A stretch of 64,000 bases of DNA from Pyrinomonadaceae bacterium (lineage in GTDB: Bacteria > Acidobacteriota > Blastocatellia > Pyrinomonadales > Pyrinomonadaceae). How positions within the stretch are numbered: position 1 is the first letter of the stretch; every line of letters starts with the position of its first letter. This document shows, piece by piece, positions 27,431 to 37,016 of the stretch. A program made the position numbers and the translations under genes. Below the pieces are notes generated by a model that had not been told where the DNA came from, ran no database searches, and saw nothing but the letters and a program-made list of their open reading frames with translations. The DNA lies in contig JBKBYA010000002.1 of the NCBI GenBank assembly GCA_046313635.1, forward strand, positions 416,001-480,000, given 5' to 3'.

Positions 27431-29352
27431 CGGCGCCTCCCGCCGTTCGGCCGTGCGGTCGCAGCCGGTTTCGGCGCGATCTGTTTCGGTTTGTACTGCT
27501 CGCCGAGCAGGCCGAGATCGCGTGCGCGTAGAATGACGTTCGCGGCGATCGGCGCGGCCGTTCGAGCACCAAAGCCGCCGCCCTCGACGACGACGGCGAT
27601 CGCGACCTGCGGCCGCTCGAGCGGAGCGATCGTGATGAACCAGCTGTCGGTACGCTCGTACATTACCGGAGCGTCGTACTCGACCCATTCGCCCTGCGAG
27701 TTCTTGCGTTTTTTCCGGACGGTCTTTAGCTTGCCGGTCTTCTCGTCGTAGAGCGGCGCCTGCTTTTCGGCGGTGCCGGTCTTGCCGCCGGCGCGGATCC
27801 CGGTGCCCGCGAGCTTGGCCGAGATGACGGTTCCGGTGCCGCCCGGTTCCTCTGTCACGGTCGACATGATGTCGCGCATCGCTGCGGCCTGCTGCGGCGA
27901 AAGTACTTGTGCAAAGGGCTGCGGCGGCTGGTCGGCCTCGATCCGCGGCCGCATTAGTTTGCCTTCCATATTCGCGGGTACCGACGCGATGAGCGCCATT
28001 TGAAACGGCGTCATCTGCCCGGCGTAGCCCTGGCCCATCCCTTCGAGGCCGAGATCGTAGAGCGATATCTCCTTGCCGGTAACGATCGTCGACTGCTGCG
28101 GTGCAATGGACGAAGCGATCGCGGGATTGCTCGTATTCCAGATATCGGGAAAGAAGCGCTGCAGAAGTGCCTGGTCCGGGTCGTCGACCGCCGCGATGCC
28201 GAGGACCTGCGCGGTCTCTCGCAGACGGTCGCGGCCGAGCTCGATCGCGAGCTGAGCGAAGTACTGATTGCTCGAGACCTTGTAGGCCTCGACGATGTTC
28301 TTATCTTGACAGCCGCCGTCGCATGCACCCGAGACCGAGCCGTCGGGCCCGAGCTTTTGCGTCGCGTCCACGATGGGACGCGACCCTCGCGAGGGAACAA
28401 AGCCGCCCGGATAGCTCGGGAAGACGGCGTTTGACTTGCCGCCGCGAAACGCCGCGATCGCCGTGAACGTTTTGAATGTCGAGCCCGGCACGTAAAACTC
28501 GCGCGTCGCACGATTGAGCAGAGGCTTGTCGCGCTTATTGCCCTCGAGCCTAAGGTAGCCCTCGAGGTCCTGCGCTTCCGAGAGGCTGAACGACGGATTT
28601 GAATACATCGCCAGTACGTCGCCCGACTGCGGGTTGAGCACGACGATCGCGCCTTTTTTGCCCTCGAGCTGCTTTGCGATAAAGGTCTGCAAATCGCGGT
28701 CGATCGTGAGCCGCACGTCACGCTGCTCCTGCTCGGGACGCCTGATCATCGTCAGCGTCTTCCAGGCCTCGGGCATCGGATCGGCGCTGCGTTTGAAGAG
28801 AGTTCGTTCGAGACCCGGCGTGCCGCGCTCGGTGCCGAGCAGATGCGCCATTTCGGTCTCGAGCGGATAGACGCGGGCGATGTTTTTGTTCTCGTCGACG
28901 CGATAATAAGCGAGGGCGTTCTCGAGCCTGCCTGAGCGGTCGAGCATCCAGCCGCGAAGCGAGGCGGCGGTCGTTCGGCGCGTTCGAAGGTCCTTGTAAG
29001 CGAGCGCCTGAAACTGCTCGTTCTGCTCGTCGGCGAAGTACGTCCAATAGACCTGAAACCCGAAGACCATCAGAGCCAGCCCGACAAAGACGAATTGCCA
29101 TGCCCGCAAACTGCGATTGGTCATCGTCTGCGTCAGCTTGCGTGTGACCTCGCGCGGCAGCCCCGACTCGAAGGCAAAAGGCGGCCGCCGAAAATTATCG
29201 AGAAAGCTCAGAATTAGCAGGCCGACGACGATGCCGACGCCGACAATGTAAACGATCGTCAGGCCCGCCGGCGTGCGCTCGAGCACCTGGCTGCCGAAGA
29301 TGTACTCGGGCCGGAGCTTGTTCCAATCGATCTGTGCGAGAAATAAAAGCAT
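27427..29352 (-). CDS. class B penicillin-binding protein (PbpA-like transpeptidase)
   Basis: PGSTFK (SxxK), SSN (SxN), KTGT (KTG), GMGQG, MTPFQM. Confidence 0.92.
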   Translation of the reverse strand: MLLFLAQIDWNKLRPEYIFGSQVLERTPAGLTIVYIVGVGIVVGLLILSFLDNFRRPPFAFESGLPREVTRKLTQTMTNRSLRAWQFVFVGLALMVFGFQVYWTYFADEQNEQFQALAYKDLRTRRTTAASLRGWMLDRSGRLENALAYYRVDENKNIARVYPLETEMAHLLGTERGTPGLERTLFKRSADPMPEAWKTLTMIRRPEQEQRDVRLTIDRDLQTFIAKQLEGKKGAIVVLNPQSGDVLAMYSNPSFSLSEAQDLEGYLRLEGNKRDKPLLNRATREFYVPGSTFKTFTAIAAFRGGKSNAVFPSYPGGFVPSRGSRPIVDATQKLGPDGSVSGACDGGCQDKNIVEAYKVSSNQYFAQLAIELGRDRLRETAQVLGIAAVDDPDQALLQRFFPDIWNTSNPAIASSIAPQQSTIVTGKEISLYDLGLEGMGQGYAGQMTPFQMALIASVPANMEGKLMRPRIEADQPPQPFAQVLSPQQAAAMRDIMSTVTEEPGGTGTVISAKLAGTGIRAGGKTGTAEKQAPLYDEKTGKLKTVRKKRKNSQGEWVEYDAPVMYERTDSWFITIAPLERPQVAIAVVVEGGGFGARTAAPIAANVILRARDLGLLGEQYKPKQIAPKPAATARPNGGRRR

Positions 29353-29367
29353 CGTCCGTCGCGGTCG

Positions 29368-30366
29368 TCAGCCGATCTTTATCGCATCTTCGTCGGCGCG
29401 GCCGCCGTCAGGAACGGCCGTCTCCTCGCCGGTCGGTATCGCCTTGATGATCTCGATCCGCGAGGTAGCAAAGGGAAGTTGTTTCGCCTCGGCGTGCGGC
29501 TCCTCGAGAGCTTCGGCCGCGGGCGCCGCCGATTCCTGCGCGACCCGCTCAAAAGAAACCTCGATCGATCCAAAGACGACCTTTCCGTCATTGTCGAGCG
29601 TTACGGCCCGGCCGTACGGGATACGCTCGCCCAGAACATATGTTCCGTTGGTCGAGCCCGTGTCTGAAACGACAAGCTGCCCGTCGGCGTTTAGGACGAT
29701 CGAAGCGTGGATCCGCGAGACGCTCGTGTCCGGGATAGGCAGATCGTTCTCGCGTGTGCGTCCGACGCTGAGCCGCCGCAGGTCTCCGAAGCGGAGCGGC
29801 ACCCGCTCGGTCTGACCGTTCAAGTCAAAGACCGCGGTGAATTCCGTCGCGGGCGCGGGCGGCCCGTCAACGGGCGCCGACGCCTCCGGCACCGCCTCCT
29901 TGCCGGCCGACGCTTCGAGCGCGATCTCGGCCTCGTCCTCGTCGTCGGCAAATTTTTCAAAGCTCGCGAGCAGCTTGACGCCGGACGTGAAGTAATCCGG
30001 TCTTACCTCGAGCTTGAGCGGAGCGTAGGTGTAATAACGGCGATCGTTGATATGGTCGACGGCGGCGACCAGCAGCTCGGTCTCGAGCGCCCGGAGCGAG
30101 TCGTCGGAGTCGGTAGAGAATTTGTCCCACTGCATCTTGAGCTTGATGTTGTGGGGGACGTAAGTGCCGCGGCCCGGCTCGTGACGGGCCTCGGCGTCTA
30201 GGAGAGTCTTGAGGCGCTCGACAAGTTCGCTCGTCGCGAGAGAACTCGACGGCTTCCACCCTCGGCCCGTGAATCGATCGAGCGCGTCGCCGGCCTTGGT
30301 CAGCACGCCGCGGACGAGCCAGTCGATAGTGAGAGGCGATCTTTCCGGCGTTTCTTTTTCGTCCAT
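29368..30366 (-). CDS. FhaA-like protein (DUF3662-like N-terminus plus FHA)
   Basis: VGR..NDL...SVSRIHA...STNGTYV; N-terminus resembles DUF3662. Confidence 0.85.
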   Translation of the reverse strand: MDEKETPERSPLTIDWLVRGVLTKAGDALDRFTGRGWKPSSSLATSELVERLKTLLDAEARHEPGRGTYVPHNIKLKMQWDKFSTDSDDSLRALETELLVAAVDHINDRRYYTYAPLKLEVRPDYFTSGVKLLASFEKFADDEDEAEIALEASAGKEAVPEASAPVDGPPAPATEFTAVFDLNGQTERVPLRFGDLRRLSVGRTRENDLPIPDTSVSRIHASIVLNADGQLVVSDTGSTNGTYVLGERIPYGRAVTLDNDGKVVFGSIEVSFERVAQESAAPAAEALEEPHAEAKQLPFATSRIEIIKAIPTGEETAVPDGGRADEDAIKIG

Positions 30367-30592
30367 CGCGTGATCGTCGAGCAGAGAATTTACCTCCTAA
30401 TTCTAAACAGAAATCCGGTCATTCGAAAGAGAGGTCCTTCGACGCAAAGCGGCTGGCCCGAGCGCGTTCCGTGCAGTGTCCGTGAGTTTGCGCATCGCTC
30501 ATGGTCAGTGTGTTTTACGAACTTTGGAAATATAATCTCGTATAGCCCAGACGAGCGCGCAGCGTAAAAAGTTCGCGTCGGCCGGACACGGA

Positions 30593-32125
30593 ATGAAGGA
30601 ACTCTCGCTGAATAATTGCCGGCTCGATCGGCGGTACGACATCCAGCAGCTCTTGGGCCGCGGGAGCTATGCCGAGATCTATGTCGCTCGCGACGTTCTC
30701 GCGTCGCCGCAGTCGCCGCACAGCTCGGTCGTCATCAAGGCGCTCAACGTTTTTCTCCAGGACGATCTCGACCCCGAGCTCGAACGCACTCTCGTCGAGA
30801 ACTTTCAGAACGAGGCGCTTGCGCTCGACCTCGTTCGCCATCCCAACATCATCAGCCGTCTCGGCCACGGCACGGCACGCGATCTCGACGGCACGACGTT
30901 TCATTATCTCGTGCTCGAGTACCTCGCGGGCGGCGATCTGCAAAAGCTCTGCCGAGCGCAAAAGATCGACATTCGCACGGCCCTCGGCTACATCGAGCAG
31001 GTCTGCGCCGGCCTGCGGCACGCTCACGAAAAAGGCGTGATACACCGCGACATCAAGCCGCAGAATCTGCTGCTCACCAAAGATCGCGAGACCGTCAAGA
31101 TCGCTGACTTTGGCGTCGCGCGCTTGGGCGGAGCAGATTCGCCGATCACGCGTGTCGGGACCAACATTTACGCGCCGCCCGAGCACAGCCCGATGCTGAA
31201 CGCGAGCGCGACGGCCGCTCGCTTGACGCCCGCCGCCGATCTGTATTCGCTCGCCAAGTCGATGTACACGATCATCACGGGCGAGACGCCGCGTTACTTT
31301 TCCAATCAGCCGATCGGATCGCTGCCGATCGGCGTGCGCGACGAGCCGTGGGCCGGCGAGCTGCTCGAGCTGCTTCGCAAGGCGACGCGTGACGAGCCGT
31401 CGGAGCGATTTCAGTCGGTCGACGAATTCTGGATCGGAATGACAAAGCTCAGAGAGATCGCGTGCGAGACGACGGCGCCGCGCCTCGCGTTCGCCGGAGC
31501 GGCGGATCTGCCGCAGCCGCATGTCGCCCGCGGCTACACGCCGCTCGCTCCGGTCAGGCCCAACTTTGAATCGACCGGCAGCCTCAGGCTGCGCGATCCG
31601 CATTCGACTGCCGTTCCGTCGGTGGTGACACGAGACATCTCTCCGCCGGCATTTGGTGTCGGCCGATCGCCGGCGTCACCGATCGCCGTCGGTAACGGCG
31701 AGGTCCGCCGCGAGCCGATCGCGATCGGGATCGACGCCCTTGCCGGAGATGCGCCCGTTGTGAGACGTGACAAGAGGCGAGCGCTCCGGCGAGCGGCGTT
31801 GTTCTTTGCTTCGGTCGTTTTGCTGGGCGGCGTTTTGTACGGAACCGGAAGTATGCTCCGAGGCCGAGGCTATCTGCCGCAGATCTCTAACCCCTGGCGA
31901 CAGCAGACGGCGACAGCGAATACCGACATATTCCTGCGCCCCGAGCCGAATACCAACAACGACCCGATCGGACTCGTGACCAAGAACTCAAAGGTCCGCA
32001 TTGTCAATTCACAAAATAATTGGTATCAAGTTGATGTGGTCGAACAGGGCCGCCAGCGGGCCTCGGCAAACCTCACGGCAACACGCGGCTGGCTCAACGG
32101 AAAGTACATCGATATCGACGATTAG
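30593..32125 (+). CDS. membrane Ser/Thr kinase with C-terminal SH3b-like domain
   Basis: GRGSYA, VIK, HRDIKPQN, DFG, YAPPE; TM; IFLRPEP...IGLV...V.IV...NNWYQV...GWL. Confidence 0.9.
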   Translation: MKELSLNNCRLDRRYDIQQLLGRGSYAEIYVARDVLASPQSPHSSVVIKALNVFLQDDLDPELERTLVENFQNEALALDLVRHPNIISRLGHGTARDLDGTTFHYLVLEYLAGGDLQKLCRAQKIDIRTALGYIEQVCAGLRHAHEKGVIHRDIKPQNLLLTKDRETVKIADFGVARLGGADSPITRVGTNIYAPPEHSPMLNASATAARLTPAADLYSLAKSMYTIITGETPRYFSNQPIGSLPIGVRDEPWAGELLELLRKATRDEPSERFQSVDEFWIGMTKLREIACETTAPRLAFAGAADLPQPHVARGYTPLAPVRPNFESTGSLRLRDPHSTAVPSVVTRDISPPAFGVGRSPASPIAVGNGEVRREPIAIGIDALAGDAPVVRRDKRRALRRAALFFASVVLLGGVLYGTGSMLRGRGYLPQISNPWRQQTATANTDIFLRPEPNTNNDPIGLVTKNSKVRIVNSQNNWYQVDVVEQGRQRASANLTATRGWLNGKYIDIDD

Positions 32126-32146
32126 CTCGTCGCCCAAAGGTAAAAA

Positions 32147-33124
32147 TTGAGCGTATTAGAAAAAGTCAGGCGATGGATCGACGGTGACTCGGCCGAGCTG
32201 GTGCTCGAAGAGGCGGCGCGCAACGCGCAGGTAAAGCCGCGCAGTCAGGCCGAGGAGTTCATCGTCAAGATCGCCCGCGCGGTCGAGGCCGTGATGCAGC
32301 GCGAGCTCGTTCCGCTGCCGCAGGGCACGAGCATAATTCCGACCGAGTACGCGATCTTTTTAAGCGACGCCGACGACAAGGAATGGCAGGGCATCAAGCG
32401 TAAGGGGCTCGAGCAGGGCCTCTATCACATTCTCGGCGAGCGTGCCAAGGAGATCGCCGGGAAGCGAAAGCTCGAGACAAGATCGTTCGTTCTCGAGCTC
32501 CGCGTCGACGGCACGCTCGAGAAGGGCGAGGTGCGCGTCCAGCACAGTTGGGAAGACTCGGACGGCAGCAAGACAAGCGTTTTCGTAAAACCGAAGTTGG
32601 GACCGGCCCCGCCCGCATACGAGCCGCCGGTGAGCGAGCGGTCGCCGGCCCCGCCGCCGGCGCACTTTTCTCAGATCGACCGGGCGCCGAGCTCGACAGA
32701 GCAGGTCCGGCCCGCGCCCCAGACCGGTCTCGTCGCCGGCACAGCTTCGTCCGGATCCCGAGATATTGCCGACGACGCCGAAGAGATGACCCGCGTCGCG
32801 AGCCGCGTCAGCGAGCTCTACAAGCTGGAGATCTGGCGAAACGGCATCCGGCAAAACGTAGTGCCGGTCTTTCAAAACTCGGTCGTGATCGGTCGCGGAT
32901 CAAGATCGAAGCCGGTCGATATCGCCCTTACAGGCGACGCCGAGATCAGCCGCCGGCATCTGACGATCACGACCGACGGGAACGGGAGCTTTTGGGTCAC
33001 GAACGAAGGCCGCAATCCCGCGACCATTGATAACCGCGACGTGCCGGTCGGTCAGCGCGTGCCGCTGCAGCCCGGATCGAACCTCGTGGTCTGCAGCTAT
33101 GTACTTCGCGTCCAGCGGGCTTAG
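32147..33124 (+). CDS. DUF3662-like plus FHA domain protein
   Basis: C-terminal IGRG...ISRRH...GRN FHA; Pro-rich linker; TTG start. Confidence 0.82.
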   Translation: MSVLEKVRRWIDGDSAELVLEEAARNAQVKPRSQAEEFIVKIARAVEAVMQRELVPLPQGTSIIPTEYAIFLSDADDKEWQGIKRKGLEQGLYHILGERAKEIAGKRKLETRSFVLELRVDGTLEKGEVRVQHSWEDSDGSKTSVFVKPKLGPAPPAYEPPVSERSPAPPPAHFSQIDRAPSSTEQVRPAPQTGLVAGTASSGSRDIADDAEEMTRVASRVSELYKLEIWRNGIRQNVVPVFQNSVVIGRGSRSKPVDIALTGDAEISRRHLTITTDGNGSFWVTNEGRNPATIDNRDVPVGQRVPLQPGSNLVVCSYVLRVQRA

Positions 33125-33162
33125 GCGGTGGGCGATGAGGGCTGCGTAATACACTCCGGCGT

Positions 33163-33633
33163 TTAAGTGTCGAAAGGGAAATCTCGCTTCTGGACCATTC
33201 CGAGCAGGTCTCGGACGGCTTGGTGCGCCCGCTCACGGATATCCTCTGGAATTTGATATCGACGACAATTCGTCTCAAATTCGTCGAGATCGAGGATCTT
33301 GGTGCTCATGTCGGGCGTGACGAGGATATCGATGTCGAGGTCGACATAATCAAGCGTCCGGCCGTCGAAGCTCGGCGGCATATTGACGTTGCAGTAGTAA
33401 TTTCGGAGCTCGCCGTCCGGCTCGTGAAAGCGGAAGACGTTGTACCAGCGGTCGAGCCAGTAAAATTCGTATGAGAGCGTGCCGCGCCTGATAATGCCGA
33501 GCTCGGGGTGAATGACCTCGCGGTCAAACTCCCCGACGAGCACGTGCAGGTCACCGATCGTATCGACGGCGCGGCAGTTCCACGTTCGGCGAAGCGACCG
33601 GTCAAAATGCCGGGCGATGACCGTGATCTCCAC
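33163..33633 (-). CDS. DUF402 family protein
   Basis: WYNV, YYCNV, YVDLDID, LDLDEF. Confidence 0.85.
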   Translation of the reverse strand: MEITVIARHFDRSLRRTWNCRAVDTIGDLHVLVGEFDREVIHPELGIIRRGTLSYEFYWLDRWYNVFRFHEPDGELRNYYCNVNMPPSFDGRTLDYVDLDIDILVTPDMSTKILDLDEFETNCRRYQIPEDIRERAHQAVRDLLGMVQKRDFPFDT

Positions 33634-33640
33634 CGCCCGT

Positions 33641-34108
33641 TCAATTCCGGTCTCGACCTTTCGGCGTGCGCACGACGAGGACCGAGCAGGGAGCGTGATG
33701 CACGACCGAGTCCGAGACCGAGCCGAGCAGCAATCGCTCCCAGCGGTTATAACCGTGCGAGCCGACGATGATCAGATCGGCGCCGAGCTGCTCGGCCGCC
33801 TCGACGATGCGGTTGTCGGGCGAGCCAAACAATATCTCGCCGCTGACCAGAGCGTCGGTGCCCTTTAATAAAGCGTTCGCGGATGCGACGGCGAGGTCGA
33901 GGACGCGTTGGGCGTTGTCGCGCGCGGCGCTTTCAAGCGCCGAGGTATCGGGCAGATAACCGCCATACACATCGATACCGATCGGTATCGCCATATCGAC
34001 CACACAGACGATCTTGACGACATCGCCCTGCTTGAGCGAAAAGGCCGCAAGTGCGGCGACGGCCGCTTCGCCGTATGCGGTGCCGTCGGTTGCAACTACG
34101 ATCTTCAT
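33641..34108 (-). CDS. universal stress protein
   Basis: IVVATDG, DLIIVGSHG, LLGSVSDSVVHHAPCSVLVV. Confidence 0.95.
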   Translation of the reverse strand: MKIVVATDGTAYGEAAVAALAAFSLKQGDVVKIVCVVDMAIPIGIDVYGGYLPDTSALESAARDNAQRVLDLAVASANALLKGTDALVSGEILFGSPDNRIVEAAEQLGADLIIVGSHGYNRWERLLLGSVSDSVVHHAPCSVLVVRTPKGRDRN

Positions 34109-34177
34109 CTAAACTTGCCTCCGTAAAGCGATTGTAGCCCAACCGGCGCCGGGTTTAGAAAGTCGCCCCGCGCCGGT

Positions 34178-34621
34178 CTATTCATCGTCCTCCGCGTCCG
34201 AACCCGAGAAGTATCGCCGCATCTTTACGAGGATCGCAGAGAACATCAGGCGCTCGGCCTCGGTGAGTCCTGAGACGATCTCTTCTTCGAGTTCGCGCCA
34301 TTGATCTTCGACGACCGACTCCTTGCCGCGTCCCCGCTCGGTCAAGAATATTCGCGTCGAGCGGGCATCGTCCTCCAGGCGCTCGCGAGTCACCAGCCCG
34401 GCATCGACGAGCCCCTTGACCATCTTGTTGATCGTCGGTGTGGACAGGCCCTGCCTCGCGGCGAGATCGACCTGTCGCTGCCCGTCCGCCTTCCATAGCT
34501 CAAACAGCAAAAAGACCTGGCCGCTGTTAAGCCCGATCTGCTCCATATGGCGCTGCAGGGTATTTCGAAACGAAATACTCACCTTGGCCAGCAGGTAGCT
34601 GACTGTCTCTTCAAAATCCAT
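34178..34621 (-). CDS. MarR family transcriptional regulator
   Basis: QVDLA...TINKMVKGL...GLVTR...DAR...IFLTERG; start taken at MDFEET. Confidence 0.92.
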   Translation of the reverse strand: MDFEETVSYLLAKVSISFRNTLQRHMEQIGLNSGQVFLLFELWKADGQRQVDLAARQGLSTPTINKMVKGLVDAGLVTRERLEDDARSTRIFLTERGRGKESVVEDQWRELEEEIVSGLTEAERLMFSAILVKMRRYFSGSDAEDDE

Positions 34622-34660
34622 TAAGCAAAGACCTTTAAGCTCGTAAGCGTAAAGAAACCG

Positions 34661-34782
34661 TTTGACGGCAAACCTAGAAACAATAGCGAGCAAATATTCA
34701 TCTATTGGCTCGCTAATTATATATGGTTAGCTCGCTCACAATCAATCGCTTGCCGGCTAATATGAGTTGATTTGCCGGCTCA
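34661..34782. promoter_or_regulatory. array of six 12-bp imperfect palindromes at a 22-bp period (putative MarR operators)
   Basis: TTTGACGGCAAA 34661, ATAGCGAGCAAA 34683, TTGGCTCGCTAA 34705, TTAGCTCGCTCA 34727, CTTGCCGGCTAA 34749, TTTGCCGGCTCA 34771. Confidence 0.65.
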
Positions 34783-34825
34783 GCAACATTGCAAAGCCTG
34801 GCCATGAATTAGCTAGAATTGAAGC

Positions 34826-35203
34826 ATGGACAACTCAGACAAGCTTAAATATGCGCGAAACCTGCTCCTCGGGCTTCACAAAAATCTTGTCGACTTTGAG
34901 CGCAGCGGCTACGAGCGGATCAACGGCCCGCTGTCGGCCGGGCAATTCCTTAACGTACTGCTGGAGGACCAGGATTTCTCTTGGCTGCGTAAGTTTTCGA
35001 TGCTGATCGTAGAGATCGACGAGATGTTTGCGCTCAAGGACGGCATCCCGGCCGAGCTTATCGACGCCAACCTTGTGAAGGTGAGGGAACTGGTGGATAT
35101 GTCGCCCGAGGACGAGTACTTTAGAGCAAAGTACCGAAATGCTCTCGACAAGGACGCCGACGCAGCAGCGTCGCACGCTCGACTCGAGGCCCTGTTTCAA
35201 TAG
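34826..35203 (+). CDS. hypothetical alpha-helical protein
   Basis: LLGLHKNLVDFER..YE...FSWLR..S.LIVEIDE; TAGAAT 6 nt upstream of ATG. Confidence 0.75.
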   Translation: MDNSDKLKYARNLLLGLHKNLVDFERSGYERINGPLSAGQFLNVLLEDQDFSWLRKFSMLIVEIDEMFALKDGIPAELIDANLVKVRELVDMSPEDEYFRAKYRNALDKDADAAASHARLEALFQ

Positions 35204-35544
35204 GCTGCCGAGAATCGGTTTGAGAATTCTCTTTAATCGTCGAAAGTGTGACTGTTGAAGCGATCCATCAGACCTGCGGTCTTTAAGCCGCTTTGTGGGA
35301 GCAAGAATCGAGGCTGCCTGAAAAGGCGGCCTCTTGATCTTTTGGCAAGACGCGGCTTTGCCGAAGAGTGCTGAGTTGAAGGGTTTCGCCCTTCCTAGCG
35401 GCGGTATTTCTTATTTCTTCGAGGCAATGCTTCCGCCGCGGACGGACGCACCGGCTCGCGGATAAAATTTGGAGCACGGCCGGGAAGGCAAAGCCTTATC
35501 CGCAGAGCCCGGCGGCACCGCAGGCGCATAGCCCAACCGAGGCC

Positions 35545-35592
35545 CAGCGAAATGCAAAAGGCCGCCCTTTTCAGAACAGCCTCCTTTCGCTG
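35545..35592 (-). terminator. terminator downstream of the transaldolase gene
   Basis: Minus strand AGGCTGTTC-TGAAAA-GGGCGGCCT-TTT, inside an outer CAGCGAAA/TTTCGCTG stem. Confidence 0.6.
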
Positions 35593-35603
35593 AGCGGTCC
35601 GGA

Positions 35604-36254
35604 CTATTTCGCCTGGGCCTTGTTCCAGTCGGCGAGAAACGCTTCGAGCCCCTTGTCGGTCAGCGGGTGCTTGACGAGCTGCTGGATCACTTTGAAGGGG
35701 ATCGTCGCAACGTCGGCGCCGGCGAGGGCGCAGTCGACGATATGCATCGGATGCCGTATCGACGCGGCGAGCACCTCGGTCGCGAAGCCGTAATTCTCAT
35801 AGATCTGGACGATCTCCGAGATGAGCTGCATCCCGTTGGTCGCGATGTCGTCGAGGCGGCCGATGAAGGGCGAGATGTACGTCGCACCGGCCTTTGCGGC
35901 AAGTATCGCCTGCGCGGGCGAGAAGCAGAGCGTAACGTTCACCTTGGTGCCCTCGGCGCGGAATTGCCGGCACGCCTTCAGTCCGTCGAGAGTGAGCGGC
36001 ACCTTGATCACTACATTTTGAGCGATCGCGGCAAATTCGCGCCCCTCACGCAGCATTCCCTCGGCGTCGAGAGACGTGACCTCGACCGAGACGTCGCCGG
36101 GCGTGAGGTCGCAGATGGCCTTGATATGGTCTGTGAAATTGGCGACGTTCTCCTTGGCGACAAGCGACGGGTTTGTCGTTACGCCGTCGATCAGGCCCAT
36201 CTCGGCCGCTTCGCGGATCTCGTCAAGGTTTGCGGTATCGATAAAGAATTTCAT
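35604..36254 (-). CDS. fsa: transaldolase / fructose-6-phosphate aldolase family
   Basis: [50 protein letters not shown]. Confidence 0.9.
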   Translation of the reverse strand: MKFFIDTANLDEIREAAEMGLIDGVTTNPSLVAKENVANFTDHIKAICDLTPGDVSVEVTSLDAEGMLREGREFAAIAQNVVIKVPLTLDGLKACRQFRAEGTKVNVTLCFSPAQAILAAKAGATYISPFIGRLDDIATNGMQLISEIVQIYENYGFATEVLAASIRHPMHIVDCALAGADVATIPFKVIQQLVKHPLTDKGLEAFLADWNKAQAK

Positions 36255-36273
36255 TTTTTTTTATTCTGCGTTC

Positions 36274-37014
36274 TCAGACGACGGGATTGCGGAGAGTTCC
36301 GATTCCCTCGATCTCGACCTCGCAGACATCGCCCGAGTTCAATTTTGAGACGCCGGACGGGGTCCCGGTCGCGATCACGTCGCCCGGAAATAACGTCATC
36401 TGGTTCGAAATGTATCGTATCAAAAACTCGACAGGGAAGACCATTTGCGAGGTGCGCCCTTGCTGTTTGATAACGCCGTTGACACGCGTCTCTACGCGTA
36501 CATCCGAGACGTCGAGGCCCGTCTCGATGAACGGCCCGACCGGACAGAACGTATCGAACGATTTCGCCCTCGTGAACTGTACGTCGCGTCGCTGGAGGTC
36601 GCGGGCCGTGACGTCATTGAGACACGTAAAGCCGAGCACATATCGAAGCGGATCCTCGTCCTCCTCGAGCGCCGCACACTTTCGCCCGATCACGACGGCG
36701 AGCTCGCCCTCGTGCTCGACCTGCTGCGAAGCGGCCGGAATGACGATCCGATCGCCGTCGCCGACGATCGACGACGGGGCCTTTAGAAAGAGAAGCGGCT
36801 CGCTCGGCACGTCGTTGCCGAGCTCGGCTGCGTGCTCAGCATAATTGCGGCCGACGCAGACGATCTTGGACGGGGCGACGGGCGGCTTCAGACTAATCTC
36901 TTCGATAGCGAAGGATTCGTCCTGCCGTCGATTATCTCGAAATAGGAACACGCGTTCCCCCTCAACTACGCCGGACTCGATCCGGCCTTCAAATTCAAAC
37001 CTGCAGATCTTCAT
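36274..37014 (-). CDS. fumarylacetoacetate hydrolase family protein
   Basis: KIVCVGRNYAEH, HEGEL, NDVTARD, KSFDTFCPVGP, GDVIATGTP. Confidence 0.93.
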   Translation of the reverse strand: MKICRFEFEGRIESGVVEGERVFLFRDNRRQDESFAIEEISLKPPVAPSKIVCVGRNYAEHAAELGNDVPSEPLLFLKAPSSIVGDGDRIVIPAASQQVEHEGELAVVIGRKCAALEEDEDPLRYVLGFTCLNDVTARDLQRRDVQFTRAKSFDTFCPVGPFIETGLDVSDVRVETRVNGVIKQQGRTSQMVFPVEFLIRYISNQMTLFPGDVIATGTPSGVSKLNSGDVCEVEIEGIGTLRNPVV

Positions 37015-37016
37015 GC

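Noticed and set aside
34661..34804. CRISPR array
   Set aside because: Degenerate 12-bp units with 10-bp spacers and no cas genes; fits operator boxes better.
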